DNA of 64,000 nucleotides. Source: Candidatus Bathyarchaeota archaeon. Lineage in GTDB: Archaea; Thermoproteota; Bathyarchaeia; Bathyarchaeales; Bathycorpusculaceae. The notes beneath the pieces were generated by a model, which saw only the letters and a list, made by a program, of their open reading frames with translations, did not search any database and was not told where the DNA came from. Positions within the stretch are counted from its first letter, which is position 1. Every line of letters starts with the position of its first letter. Made by a program: the position numbers and the translations under genes. Shown here one piece after another: positions 51,440 through 61,512 of this stretch. Location of the stretch: assembly GCA_963715865.1 (NCBI GenBank), contig OY970280.1, forward strand, positions 2,112,001 through 2,176,000, written 5' to 3'.

Positions 51440-51626
51440 GTGAATTATCCCTGATGTGAATGTAAACCAGGAAATTTAACCCTTTACCAGCACAAAAAGA
51501 GGTCAAGCAAAAGTTCAACCTCTCAATTTAACCTATAAATGAGGAAGGGAATGACCTTTCTGAGGACTAATACGCTTCAAGCCATAGTTTTTGTGTGAGC
51601 ACTATGGGTTCAAACTTGAAAGTAAG

Positions 51627-52598
51627 TTAAACGACTAAGTCTGCCATGTCTACACTGCGTTCATAAATCTGCCTAAGGAAAGACACCGCCGCCAAAAGTT
51701 GAGGCATCAAATCTAAAGAAGAGTCTTTTGCGACCCGTTCTATGCTTGAATAAGTTGCGTCGATTTTTCCCCGCAGGTTACGTACATTCTCTGCCAAAGA
51801 GATGTCTTTGGTTACAAAGGATTTCAACGCTTGCTCATGAGCTTCACAACAGATGGCTTGCAAATCAACCACCAACTTTTGCAGTTCCCCAGACAGCTTC
51901 ACTCCGTTGAGCGCTATTGCTTTAGCAGCCACCTGAACGCAGGCATCACCTATACCTTCAATTAAGCTTGCAGCCAAACGGTAATCCAAACATTCTATCG
52001 GAGTAATCCCAAGCTTCTCACTTAAACGTGGATTCTGAATTATTGTTCGCAAAATTCTAACCAACAAAAAATACAACCTATTACTCTCATCATCTCTGGC
52101 AACGACACTCTTAGCCAACTGCAAATCACCACAAATAAAAGAGGTAGCAACATCACGAGTCATCCCAGCAACAATGGCATAGTTACGTCGCAAAATTTTT
52201 TCAGGCAAAAACCCAGACGGCTCCAACAAGCACTGCAAAACTATCGCTGAAGAAGTCTCTTCGACAATCTCTAATCCAATTAGTGAACTTACAGTCAACT
52301 TGACAATGTTTCTGACATCATAAGCTATTCGGTCCTTTGCCTCAATGCGAATCACGTCATAACCAAGCAGATAACTACCAATAATTTCCCGACCCAAGTA
52401 AGGACCAACGCTTAAAGAAGCAATTCTAGGCTGCTGCTCAGCATCGTATTTTGAATCTACGACAAGCTTGCCGTTACTAGTTACTTCCAAATTCACTAAT
52501 TTGCCCTTTTTTAAACCGTTTTGTTGAGCCCAAGCTTTAGGCACACAAACAAAAAAAGTGCCCGTTGGCGTTTGTTGAACTTTGCGCAATTCACCCAT
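51627..52598 (-). CDS. AbrB-N-terminal PhoU-type phosphate uptake regulator
   Basis: RKVQQTPTGTFFVCVPKAW AbrB/SpoVT start, two PhoU repeats. Confidence 0.88.
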   Translation of the reverse strand: MGELRKVQQTPTGTFFVCVPKAWAQQNGLKKGKLVNLEVTSNGKLVVDSKYDAEQQPRIASLSVGPYLGREIIGSYLLGYDVIRIEAKDRIAYDVRNIVKLTVSSLIGLEIVEETSSAIVLQCLLEPSGFLPEKILRRNYAIVAGMTRDVATSFICGDLQLAKSVVARDDESNRLYFLLVRILRTIIQNPRLSEKLGITPIECLDYRLAASLIEGIGDACVQVAAKAIALNGVKLSGELQKLVVDLQAICCEAHEQALKSFVTKDISLAENVRNLRGKIDATYSSIERVAKDSSLDLMPQLLAAVSFLRQIYERSVDMADLVV

Positions 52599-52838
52599 AA
52601 TGGTACCCTAAGCGAGATATAACATATTTAAACTATACATCGCTTATATAAACTAAATTGATTTTGAATAATTAACGCTATAGCAACATTGCCCTACCTT
52701 CACTAAGTAAAATCATCAGAACCCTTAAACTTCAAAAAAGTTATCCTGTAAACAAAAAACAGTAAATAACTCAAAAGCATAAGAGCCTAAACATAAAAGT
52801 CAGGACTAAACCCGCTGGCTCGCAAGAACACGATCAAA

Positions 52839-54395
52839 ATGAGCGAAAAAGAAAAACTACAAAAAGCAATCGAAGCAACAATCGCAGCAGGATACCAACT
52901 AAATAGCGAAGCCTTTGAATTCTTAAGCCAAAACTCAGAGACGACCGATCCAGTCGGCATTATGAACTTAGCACTTCAAAGAATACAGGACTTACAGGAA
53001 AAACCAATCTTCATCGACAAAATTTTCTTAGAAACCTTACTACAACAGTTAACGGCGCCTATCCCAAAAACACAGTCCCAGCAACAGCAAAACGCCCTAG
53101 AACCACCAGAAAAACAGCAAACAAGTCTAGTTGAAAGCACTTTTTATCCGTACGCCAAGGATATAAAAGCAAGCATTAACGTTCTGGAAGATGCCACAGG
53201 CAAGCTTAGTTCCAACGGTACTCTCGAAGAATACTTGCAATATTTTCAAGACAGGTTTAAACGAATCGAACGCTTGTTAAGACAAAGAATCGACGTTAAA
53301 GCTGCAACACCGATACTAGAAGCGCTCAAGTCACCGGCTAAAACAAAACTCAAAATAATCTGTATGGTAACAGAAAAAAGAGAATCAAAAAATCAAATGA
53401 TACTATCAGTTGAAGATCTGCAAGGAAGCGCAACTGTCTTAGTGCCTCAAAAAGCACCAGAAGAAGTCCGCAAAAAAGCCCTACTTCTTTTGCTTGACCA
53501 AGTAATTTGCTTGGCAGTAATAAAAACAAGAAGCAACCTTTTCCTAGCTGAAGACATAATTTTTCCAGAAATAGGCAGAAAAACCCAACAAAGAGCCCAA
53601 GAACCAGTTTACGCTGTCTTAACGTCAGACCTTCACATTGGCAGCACTAAATTCCAAAAAGAAGCATTCAAACGATTCATACTCTGGCTTAATGGCAAAT
53701 ATGGAAACGAGCAAATGAAGGAAATAGCAAGCAGAGTAAAATATCTACTAATCGCAGGCGACATCGTTGACGGCGTTGGAATTTACCCCAACCAAGCAAA
53801 AGAGCTATCCATACGAGACGTGCACAAACAATACAACTTTGCTGCCAAGTACATGGAAAAAATCCCCGAGTACATCGAAATAATAATTTCTCCTGGCAAC
53901 CATGATGCCTCACGCAAAGCCTTACCCCAACCTGCCATACCACAAGATTATTTGAATGGACTTCAAGGTAAAAACATTCACTCAGTTGGAAGCCCATGCC
54001 TATTAAGCCTACATGGTGTGGAAGTTTTAATGTACCATGGCCGAAGCTTAGACGACATAATCGCTGTTATACCAGGAATGGACCATGAACACCCAGAAAA
54101 GGCAATGAAGCTACTCATGCAAAGCCGTCATTTAGCCCCACTTTACGGCGGCAAAACTATGTTATCACCCGAAAACCGAGATTACCTAGTAATAGACAGA
54201 GTGCCAGACATCTTCCACGCGGGGCACATTCACGTATTAGGTTACTGCAATTATCGTGGAGTACTGGTGGTAAATTCAGGCGGTTGGCAGGAACAGACAG
54301 AGTACATGGAAAAACTGGGGTTGGTCCCTACGCCAGGCAAAGTTCCAGTGGTGAACTTACAAACACTAGAAACAACCGTTCTCTCATTTAACTAA
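52839..54395 (+). CDS. polB: DNA polymerase D small subunit DP1
   Basis: SDLHIGS, GDIVDG, PGNHD, YHG, HLAP, FHAGHIH calcineurin-like exonuclease motifs plus OB fold. Confidence 0.96.
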   Translation: MSEKEKLQKAIEATIAAGYQLNSEAFEFLSQNSETTDPVGIMNLALQRIQDLQEKPIFIDKIFLETLLQQLTAPIPKTQSQQQQNALEPPEKQQTSLVESTFYPYAKDIKASINVLEDATGKLSSNGTLEEYLQYFQDRFKRIERLLRQRIDVKAATPILEALKSPAKTKLKIICMVTEKRESKNQMILSVEDLQGSATVLVPQKAPEEVRKKALLLLLDQVICLAVIKTRSNLFLAEDIIFPEIGRKTQQRAQEPVYAVLTSDLHIGSTKFQKEAFKRFILWLNGKYGNEQMKEIASRVKYLLIAGDIVDGVGIYPNQAKELSIRDVHKQYNFAAKYMEKIPEYIEIIISPGNHDASRKALPQPAIPQDYLNGLQGKNIHSVGSPCLLSLHGVEVLMYHGRSLDDIIAVIPGMDHEHPEKAMKLLMQSRHLAPLYGGKTMLSPENRDYLVIDRVPDIFHAGHIHVLGYCNYRGVLVVNSGGWQEQTEYMEKLGLVPTPGKVPVVNLQTLETTVLSFN

Positions 54396-54410
54396 GTGTC
54401 CCAGCAGTTT

Positions 54411-55652
54411 TCAGCTATCACTAATCGAGCGCTTATGAGAAACTTGCGGAGAATAATCGATTAAACGGCCAAATCGGCTATCACCGCCAAATACATCCTT
54501 AATAAGGCTTCGGGAAATTTCAAGCCTGATTTTTTTCGTTCTACCATACCGACCCATACTTACAACTTTCGCATTTACAAGACCCATGGAATCAAGCTCG
54601 TTAATTAAAGTGCCTAAACGGCGTTGTGTCAGAAGCCCAGCACCCAATTCGCCACAAAGTTCGTTGTAAACATCGTATATTTCGCCTGTAGTAGCACTTG
54701 ACTTGTTCAAGTGGTAAACGCTGAGAAGTACTAATGTGGAATGTAGCGTTAAATTTTTGAGAGCTTCAACCACTCGGTTATGCTCAATATTCTTCTCCGC
54801 CTGGCGTACATGCTCTTCTGTAATTACCTTAGCGCCTTGGCGCTCAGCAACTTCTCCAGCAACACGCAACAAATCCAGAGCTCGTCTCGCATCCCCATGC
54901 TCAGCAGCAGCCAAAGCTGAACAAATACTTAACGCTGAATCAGACAAAACGCCCTCTTGAAAGGATAATTTTGATCGTTCAAAAAGAATGTTTCGAAGTT
55001 CACCCGCATCGTACGGCCTAAAAACCAGTTCTTCCTCGCTAAGAGAACTAAAAACTCTAGGATCCAAAAATTCCTTCAATCGAAGGTCGTTTGATATGCC
55101 GATTATCGAAACCTTGCTCTTATGTAGAGTTTCATTTATCCTTGTTAGCTCATACATAAAAGCGTCTCCTCGGTCTTTGATCAAGGCATCAATTTCATCG
55201 AGAACTATGATAAAAATTATTCTGGAAGAATCTAAACCTGCTCTAAACCTATCAAAAACTTCACCAACAGACAAGCCTGTAAAAGGTATAGCCACACCAA
55301 GGTTTTGGCTTAGATTTGCGAAAACGCGGTATTCCGAACCGGTCATTCGGCAATTTATGTAACAAAATTTTACTGACGCACCATATTCTTTCGCCTTAGA
55401 TTCTAGATGGCTCAACACGTATTTTGTTACTGCTGTTTTTCCGGTTCCGGTTTGTCCATAAATAAAAATGTTAGAACATCTTGCATTCTTTAGGACTGGC
55501 GCAACAGTTTGTCCTAATAATCTTATTTGTTCTTCTCTGTGGGGTAATTTTTCAGGAAGATAATCGTGCCTCAGAACTTCTCTATCCTTAAACAATCGAA
55601 CTCCATTAACGAAATTTTCGAATACGTCATCTAATACGCTTGGATTTCCCAT
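54411..55652 (-). CDS. cdc6: Orc1/Cdc6 replication initiator
   Basis: LPHRE, GQTGTGKT, LDEID, GDARRALDLLR, C-terminal wHTH GRYGRT. Confidence 0.97.
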   Translation of the reverse strand: MGNPSVLDDVFENFVNGVRLFKDREVLRHDYLPEKLPHREEQIRLLGQTVAPVLKNARCSNIFIYGQTGTGKTAVTKYVLSHLESKAKEYGASVKFCYINCRMTGSEYRVFANLSQNLGVAIPFTGLSVGEVFDRFRAGLDSSRIIFIIVLDEIDALIKDRGDAFMYELTRINETLHKSKVSIIGISNDLRLKEFLDPRVFSSLSEEELVFRPYDAGELRNILFERSKLSFQEGVLSDSALSICSALAAAEHGDARRALDLLRVAGEVAERQGAKVITEEHVRQAEKNIEHNRVVEALKNLTLHSTLVLLSVYHLNKSSATTGEIYDVYNELCGELGAGLLTQRRLGTLINELDSMGLVNAKVVSMGRYGRTKKIRLEISRSLIKDVFGGDSRFGRLIDYSPQVSHKRSISDS

Positions 55653-55800
55653 TTACCCAATCTCACATTTTTCAGAGGCATCACTGTTATTTCGTGTGGA
55701 ACAGATAAAGCATATAGTACAAAAAACTGGTCTTGGAACACAATAATCCTAAAAAACGATGGAAACACTCGATAACAACTAAACAAAATGAGAGCAAGAC

Positions 55801-56267
55801 GCACCCCAATGTTTCTACTGGAAAAAAATCTTGTTTAAGAAGAAAATGACTTTATTTATATTAATGTAAATATACTCTGATAGGTAAGAAGTAATTTGGT
55901 ATATTAATAATTCCTATCCAAGATTTTAGATAAACAGTTTGCAAATATTTTTTCAAGCTTTCCTAGCTTCTTTTTAGCCTGAACACTTCGAGAGGAAACA
56001 TAGGGGTGCCCCTCCAAGTATTTTCCCAATGGTAAATTAAATTATTAAAAGCGGTAGTTAAGTTGTTTTAACCGTAACTAATTAAATTCTAAACAAAGTA
56101 TATTTTCAGAATTTTCGCGCTAAAGCCTTCCTATTTTTAGTTCACAAAACTGTGAATCCGTGTGAAATAGCATTAAAATTGTTCCTTTCTCAAGTCTCTT
56201 TTCATATAAATTACCCTTTTCCTGTCCTTTCCCTGTGAATAAGGCACCCCTTCACTTCTACTGGAAA
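55801..56267. other. Replication origin (oriC) with three ORB elements
   Basis: ORB1 55801-55824 (-) TTTCCAGTAGAAACATTGGGGTGC; ORB2 55987-56009 (+) TTCGAGAGGAAACATAGGGGTGC; ORB3 56244-56267 (-) TTTCCAGTAGAAGTGAAGGGGTGC; AT-rich spacers; directly upstream of cdc6. Confidence 0.9.
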
Positions 56268-56463
56268 AGTAAAACAAAGCCATAACTAAATTTTTTTAGC
56301 TGTTTCACTTTAGCGTGAAGCTGGTTATTGTAAAAAAACTGTATTTTTAATCGTTTTTTAATTTACAAGCTTGATATTGCCTTTTTTAATTCCTTTGTTT
56401 CACCATAACAGCTATAAGTTGTGAAGTGTAAAGCTTGTGAACAACCCTTAAGGTGTGCACCTA

Positions 56464-56892
56464 ATGCCAGCTCGTAAAATACGCGTTGAGCTGTTCGATA
56501 GCGATGGTAATCGATATACTATTGCTTTTGAGGGTCAGGTAACCCGTGATAAAGCTCTACGCCTCTTGGATCTTGTAGAATTGCTAGGTGGTGTACCGGG
56601 TGAGGGTCCAACTTTAGGTACAGGGGCTTCTTTACCAAATCGCGTCCTTTCGCGCTTTGAAAAAGTTCAGTTAGTGATTCAGAAAAGTTTTCCGTTAATT
56701 TGGTTTTCTTCAAAGGATATTCAGTCGATTTATGAGCAGGAACTTAAAGAGCCAATTAGCCTTAGTACAGTTTCCACTTATCTTTCAAGGATGGCAGGCA
56801 AAGGTATGCTTTTAAGGACTGGTGGACAAAACAATTTGAAGTATAAAACTGCAAACATTTCTCAAGCGACTATAAAGCAACGCATAAAGTAA
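56464..56892 (+). CDS. Origin-adjacent winged-helix protein
   Basis: C-terminal ISLSTVSTYLSRMAGKGMLLR helix-turn-helix/wing; divergent from cdc6. Confidence 0.8.
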   Translation: MPARKIRVELFDSDGNRYTIAFEGQVTRDKALRLLDLVELLGGVPGEGPTLGTGASLPNRVLSRFEKVQLVIQKSFPLIWFSSKDIQSIYEQELKEPISLSTVSTYLSRMAGKGMLLRTGGQNNLKYKTANISQATIKQRIK

Positions 56893-56977
56893 CTTGAGCA
56901 GCTAAGTGACGCAAAGCATAAAACTAAATTTAGTGTGACTAAGGATTGATTCCGTGAGCGCTTAGGGTAGAGTACAA

Positions 56978-57997
56978 TTGGATAAGAGTATTGAAGTAGA
57001 CTTCGGCGAAATGGAACATAAACTTAAATGTTATATTGATAAAGGCAGAATCGCTCTTGGAAGTCAAGTAAAAGAAGAACCGTTAGTAGCGGTAAAACCT
57101 GATGCTTCACTAATTAGGCCTCTAAAGAAAGTTACTACGTACATGGGCAGTTTCATTGCTGTTGACTGCTCCACTCGTACTTTAAAGCGAGCAAATAATT
57201 GGGGAGTATACTTAATGCGCGCCTCATGCGTTTCAGTTAGAGAGCGCGCAGTTGATTGGAGCTACTCAGAGAGAATTTGCACTGTTGTCGGGGACTCGCA
57301 TGTACGTAGGAGTTACCTGCAGGATTTTAGGATTGAATTAGAAAGTCAAGTTGCTCTGCGAATGCTTAAAGAACAACTAAGTAAGCCTTACCACGTACAT
57401 GGGGATGTACGTAGTATGTACCTTCTCCTAGATGGTGGTGGCTACTTTGGTGGTGAACGAAAGTTTAGAGTATCTCTTTATGAGGAATGCAAGAAAAATG
57501 GTGTTAGGCTTTTAGCCATCAGCAAGAATTCTCCTTCAATGCATGATGAGAAAGGCAGAGACTTAGTCGCTACTACGTACACCATGACCTCTCATCCAAT
57601 TTGGGTGTATTACCCCGTGCGGAAAGCAGACAAAGACAGAAGCTTGTATGGCGATATCGCTATCGTAAAGCTATGCGCTGAAAGCCAGCACGTTTTCCGT
57701 TGTGACATAATGGATTATCTTACCCAACAAGATATTGTTGAATTGCTTTCACCTTTAACCAGCGTCTGTGAGGATCCTCGATGTGTAGGTTATCCAATAA
57801 GCCTCTACTTGGCACACGAATTCTCGGCCCCTTCAAATTCTATGCTGTTTTCTTATCATGACCAGATTGAAGATAAACTAAATGAAGCAGGATTGCTTGA
57901 TGCTCTGAGAAGAGAAGAACGTTCATGCAGTTTTGCAGATGAGATTCATGGAGTAAAACACGCGTTTGAATGGGAGATGTGGGATGACCAATACTGA
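56978..57997 (+). CDS. nurA: NurA-family nuclease
   Basis: IAVDCS, LLLDG, ISKNS, GYPISLYLAH. Confidence 0.82.
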   Translation: MDKSIEVDFGEMEHKLKCYIDKGRIALGSQVKEEPLVAVKPDASLIRPLKKVTTYMGSFIAVDCSTRTLKRANNWGVYLMRASCVSVRERAVDWSYSERICTVVGDSHVRRSYLQDFRIELESQVALRMLKEQLSKPYHVHGDVRSMYLLLDGGGYFGGERKFRVSLYEECKKNGVRLLAISKNSPSMHDEKGRDLVATTYTMTSHPIWVYYPVRKADKDRSLYGDIAIVKLCAESQHVFRCDIMDYLTQQDIVELLSPLTSVCEDPRCVGYPISLYLAHEFSAPSNSMLFSYHDQIEDKLNEAGLLDALRREERSCSFADEIHGVKHAFEWEMWDDQY

Positions 57998-59513
57998 TTC
58001 AATAGGATTTGTTTGCGGAACAAAGGGCGATTCAGTTTCATTTCTAGTCAGCAAAAACATCGGATTATCGTTTGGCCAAATAGTACGCATTGACTCTGGC
58101 GAAAGAAACTTTTATGCCCGGGTCGTTAATTCTGAAAGCAGTTCAACCCTTGAAACAATAGAACAGTTGCGTGAGGCAGAAGGCAAAGAGGCATTTGGAC
58201 CATATTCAGCTTACAGAAGTGTGGAAGCGATCCTGTTTTTGGAAAAGAGAGGCGATACTTTGCGTTCGCCAACATTTAACCCAAACTACCGTGACAGAGT
58301 ATACGCCTCAACCGACGAAGACTGCTCCATATTAAAGCTCTCAGGCGAACTTGAAATTGGGTGCTTGCGTTCAGAAGACCAAGTCCTAAGCTCAGTAGGC
58401 ATAAACATTGAAGCTATACCCAAAATGATGGGCATGTTCGGCATGACCGGCTCTGGAAAAACAAACACCGAATTAATCATAAATGCTCAACTAATCGATA
58501 ACAGTCCAAGAACTGTGGCTCTAATTTACGACTTTGCCGGGCAACTTCTAGAGGGAAAAGAAATTAAAACACAAAGAGGTCTAAAAGATCACCCCTTATT
58601 CCACAGCAAAGTCCAATTCTACTCAGCTCAGGATGGAAAAATGGCTGTGGGCTTAAGCACTATAATCCCTGGCAAACTCGAAACTCTGTTTCCTGATATT
58701 CAGCCTCCTCAAAAACGGCTGGCATGGGCCTTGTATAGGCATTTTGGAGCTGACTGGATTCAAAGTGCCAGAGAACTGTATCATAATGAGGGAAACGTTG
58801 GTGTCCGTGCGCAAAAAGTTGTTGCTGACGCACTGATGCAAAAGCTCTCCTCCCTATCAAGTGACCTCTTCCCAGCTTCTAATTACAGTTTTGTTGAAAG
58901 TGTCCTTCAGAATATATGCAAAGGCATAACCTGCTTAATCGACATTTCAGGGCTTCGTTCGGAAGATCAAAACCGAATCGTTTGTTTATCTGCATCAGCA
59001 GTAGCTGAACATTATAAGCGTATGTGGGAAGATAACTTCGAGGAATGGCGAAAGCTTCCTACGCTGCTAATAACCCTTGAGGAAGCACACGAGTTTCTTG
59101 ATCCAAATAAGCCTCGGACAATTTTTTCTGATATTGCCCTTACATATCGCAAGTACAGGGTTGGGCTTAACGCTGTGACTCCAAGGCCTTCAAGGATTAA
59201 CTTTGACGTGTTTGCTGAGTTGTGGACTAAAGTGATAATGAAAACAGAGTTGAAGAAGGATAGACTTTACTTGACTGAAAATACTCCGTACATGGAGTAC
59301 AGTGAAACAGAAATAAAAATGCTTGACGTCGGTGAAGCTTTGCTTATTTCAGAGCCAAAGATCAAATTTGCTGTTCCAATCAAGGTAACGCATTATCCAG
59401 AGTACCTAGATAAGCATCGCAGGGTTGATTATGGGCTTCCTGATTCACCGAAACTTACGCAGATGGATGAGCGTCTTAAACGGTTGAGTGGGCAAGAGAC
59501 GCCTTCTTTGTAG
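57984..59513 (+). CDS. herA: HerA/FtsK-family ATPase (HAS barrel plus DUF87)
   Basis: N-terminal barrel; GMTGSGKT Walker A; LEEAH Walker B; RKYRVGL, TPRPS. Confidence 0.88.
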   Translation: MTNTDSIGFVCGTKGDSVSFLVSKNIGLSFGQIVRIDSGERNFYARVVNSESSSTLETIEQLREAEGKEAFGPYSAYRSVEAILFLEKRGDTLRSPTFNPNYRDRVYASTDEDCSILKLSGELEIGCLRSEDQVLSSVGINIEAIPKMMGMFGMTGSGKTNTELIINAQLIDNSPRTVALIYDFAGQLLEGKEIKTQRGLKDHPLFHSKVQFYSAQDGKMAVGLSTIIPGKLETLFPDIQPPQKRLAWALYRHFGADWIQSARELYHNEGNVGVRAQKVVADALMQKLSSLSSDLFPASNYSFVESVLQNICKGITCLIDISGLRSEDQNRIVCLSASAVAEHYKRMWEDNFEEWRKLPTLLITLEEAHEFLDPNKPRTIFSDIALTYRKYRVGLNAVTPRPSRINFDVFAELWTKVIMKTELKKDRLYLTENTPYMEYSETEIKMLDVGEALLISEPKIKFAVPIKVTHYPEYLDKHRRVDYGLPDSPKLTQMDERLKRLSGQETPSL

Positions 59514-59515
59514 GT

Positions 59516-60235
59516 TTATGTTTGTTGGCTGTTTTCGGTTTTCTTTAGTAGCTTTTCCATCTCTTTTTTGATACTGTACCTAAAGGGTATTTTGCCTACT
59601 TCCCTTTCCAAATAGCCTTCTTCATAAAGTTTCTTCATCAGTCTTGCTGTGTGCTCCCTGCTAAGTTGTACTCTGTCTTTGACTTCCGGCGCTGTCTTGG
59701 GGCCTTCTGAAGATAACATTTCCAGCACTGCAATTTCTGTATCTGTTAATGCAGCCATTGCTTTATCACGCTTGATTGGTATAACAGGTTCACCTTTAAT
59801 TTCGGGAGCAACAGTAAACTTTTGGATTTGCTCTTCAAAACCAGTTATTTTCACCCTTAACGTTTCCTGGGAATCTTCAATATCTTTGATTTTCGATTCC
59901 AAACTGGTTAATCCTGATAAAATGTTAGTGTTGTTCTGTGAAATAGCGCTGACTTGATTCTCTAAAGGCGCCATCTTCTTTTCAACGTTGTCCATCTTTT
60001 TAAGGCTTGTATCAGCTTTAGCAGAGCTTCCCTCAACTTTGTATGCAATAAGTTCTAATCTGTCGGCTTCACGCTTGAGTTCTCTGTTAAAACTGAGCAC
60101 AATGTCTTCGACAATATCCTTAGCTTTCTCGTATTCTTTTTGTGCCTTGCGTATTTGCCTATAATACTCCACTGATGCTGCTACTGTCGCAGCCAGCAAA
60201 ACGCCTAAGATTACAAGTGCAAAGTCAACCGTGCT
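59516..60235 (-). CDS. Membrane-anchored coiled-coil protein with C-terminal winged HTH
   Basis: In-frame VDFALVILGVLLAATVAASVEYY TM, long heptad region, LTDTEIAVLEML...SREHTARLMKKLYEEGYL wHTH; start codon needs a 1-nt homopolymer correction near 60237. Confidence 0.8.
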   Translation of the reverse strand, partial: STVDFALVILGVLLAATVAASVEYYRQIRKAQKEYEKAKDIVEDIVLSFNRELKREADRLELIAYKVEGSSAKADTSLKKMDNVEKKMAPLENQVSAISQNNTNILSGLTSLESKIKDIEDSQETLRVKITGFEEQIQKFTVAPEIKGEPVIPIKRDKAMAALTDTEIAVLEMLSSEGPKTAPEVKDRVQLSREHTARLMKKLYEEGYLEREVGKIPFRYSIKKEMEKLLKKTENSQQT

Positions 60236-60245
60236 TTTCCACCCC

Positions 60246-60519
60246 TGTGATTTAAGCGTGATTTAATCAGTTGCATCACACATCACAGTTCCCCATGGAC
60301 TTTTTAAGGTTTGCGGTGACATTCCCGCATGTTCTTATGATATCACACATCACAATCTTTTCTTTTGACTACTCCCCTCCCTGAAAGCCTGCTAAAACTC
60401 TTTAATTTAAGCTTATTTTGGCATTTAGGGCTTAAACGTAGCACGTGCGCTTCAATCTTTTTAACTTTAATTTTCTAGCTAAAAATTGTTGCTTAGTCCT
60501 GTGATTTGTGACGTCACAA
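60246..60519. repeat. TCAC/GTGA motif array 1
   Basis: ATCACACATCACA twice (60275, 60342), TGATTTAATCA (60259), palindrome TTGTGACGTCACAA (60506-60519). Confidence 0.7.
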
Positions 60520-61014
60520 GGGCTCTTCTGATGGGCTAGAAAGCCGTTTTAGGCTTGTTTCAAGCTCTTCCCGTATGATTTCTATGACTTTTAGATGGTC
60601 CTTTAGTTCCTCTTCCTTGTCAGGTGTGCCTTGATGTGCCTCGACATATTCGTGCAGTTTATTGGCTATTTCGAGATACGGGTCAAGAGTTGTGCTATCA
60701 AACACTCCTAAGTACCCTAAAAGTAGCACTGTATAAATCGATTTTATCACGTTTTCTTTGGACTGTTTTAACGTCCTGTTAAAGGCTCCGCGGCTTATTT
60801 TTGCCTTAGTTAGCCTTAAGTTGGCTTTTTCGTCGTATTTTAGCTGTTTGCCCGATATATTTTCGGCTAAAACGTCTATTAACAGTGTTTCAAGCTGTGT
60901 TTTGGTTAATTGGCTGTTTTTAGCGAGTATTTTGACAATGGGGTCGTTTAACGCTCCTGTTAACCATGCTTGAACGCTGTCTTTAAGCTTCAAACTGCTC
61001 ATCTCTTCCATCAT
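60514..61014 (-). CDS. Hypothetical HTH-containing protein
   Basis: LTKTQLETL...KISRGAFNRTLKQS resembles a sigma-like HTH. Confidence 0.75.
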   Translation of the reverse strand: MMEEMSSLKLKDSVQAWLTGALNDPIVKILAKNSQLTKTQLETLLIDVLAENISGKQLKYDEKANLRLTKAKISRGAFNRTLKQSKENVIKSIYTVLLLGYLGVFDSTTLDPYLEIANKLHEYVEAHQGTPDKEEELKDHLKVIEIIREELETSLKRLSSPSEEPL

Positions 61015-61368
61015 CTAAATGAATACACTTTTGTATACTGACTCGGGCTTTTTAAGGCTTATCCAATCAAAAATATGATCCTTACCTGCTATTAAAGCAG
61101 CCAAAAAACGGGTGAAATAGGAAAAGAAAGCAAAACAACTGCTCTTTGCAATTTAGAGGAATAAATGGCATATTTAACATATAAACGACTAAAATATTGA
61201 CTATTTAGCGGGCGCTTTCACGGATTTTAAACGATAATTACAGTTTTAAAACGTTTACTTGTCTTCTACTCTTTCTTATTTGGCAATTTTACTTTCTACT
61301 GCCAAATTATCGTTGCTCTTTATTTTGTAATCTTTTCAGGCCTTACTTTTTCCCTCATCAACTTCAGT

Positions 61369-61483
61369 GTGATTGGGTTAATAGGATTCGTGACGTCACC
61401 TGTCACGTTAAAATCACGCTGATTTAATCAAAAATCACTTGATATCACAAGATTGTGATACGTTTGTGATTTCTAATTATCAC
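61369..61483. repeat. TCAC/GTGA motif array 2
   Basis: GTGACGTCAC (61390), TGATTTAATCA (61420), TATCACA-N4-TGTGATA (61443-61460); ten RTCAC/GTGAY units in ~115 bp. Confidence 0.75.
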
Positions 61484-61512
61484 TATCTTCCAAGACTAGC
61501 TGCTATGTTTGT

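Noticed and set aside
60246-61483. CRISPR array or insertion-sequence ends
   Set aside because: Units are 5-14 bp, irregularly spaced and in both orientations, with no spacers, cas genes or transposase
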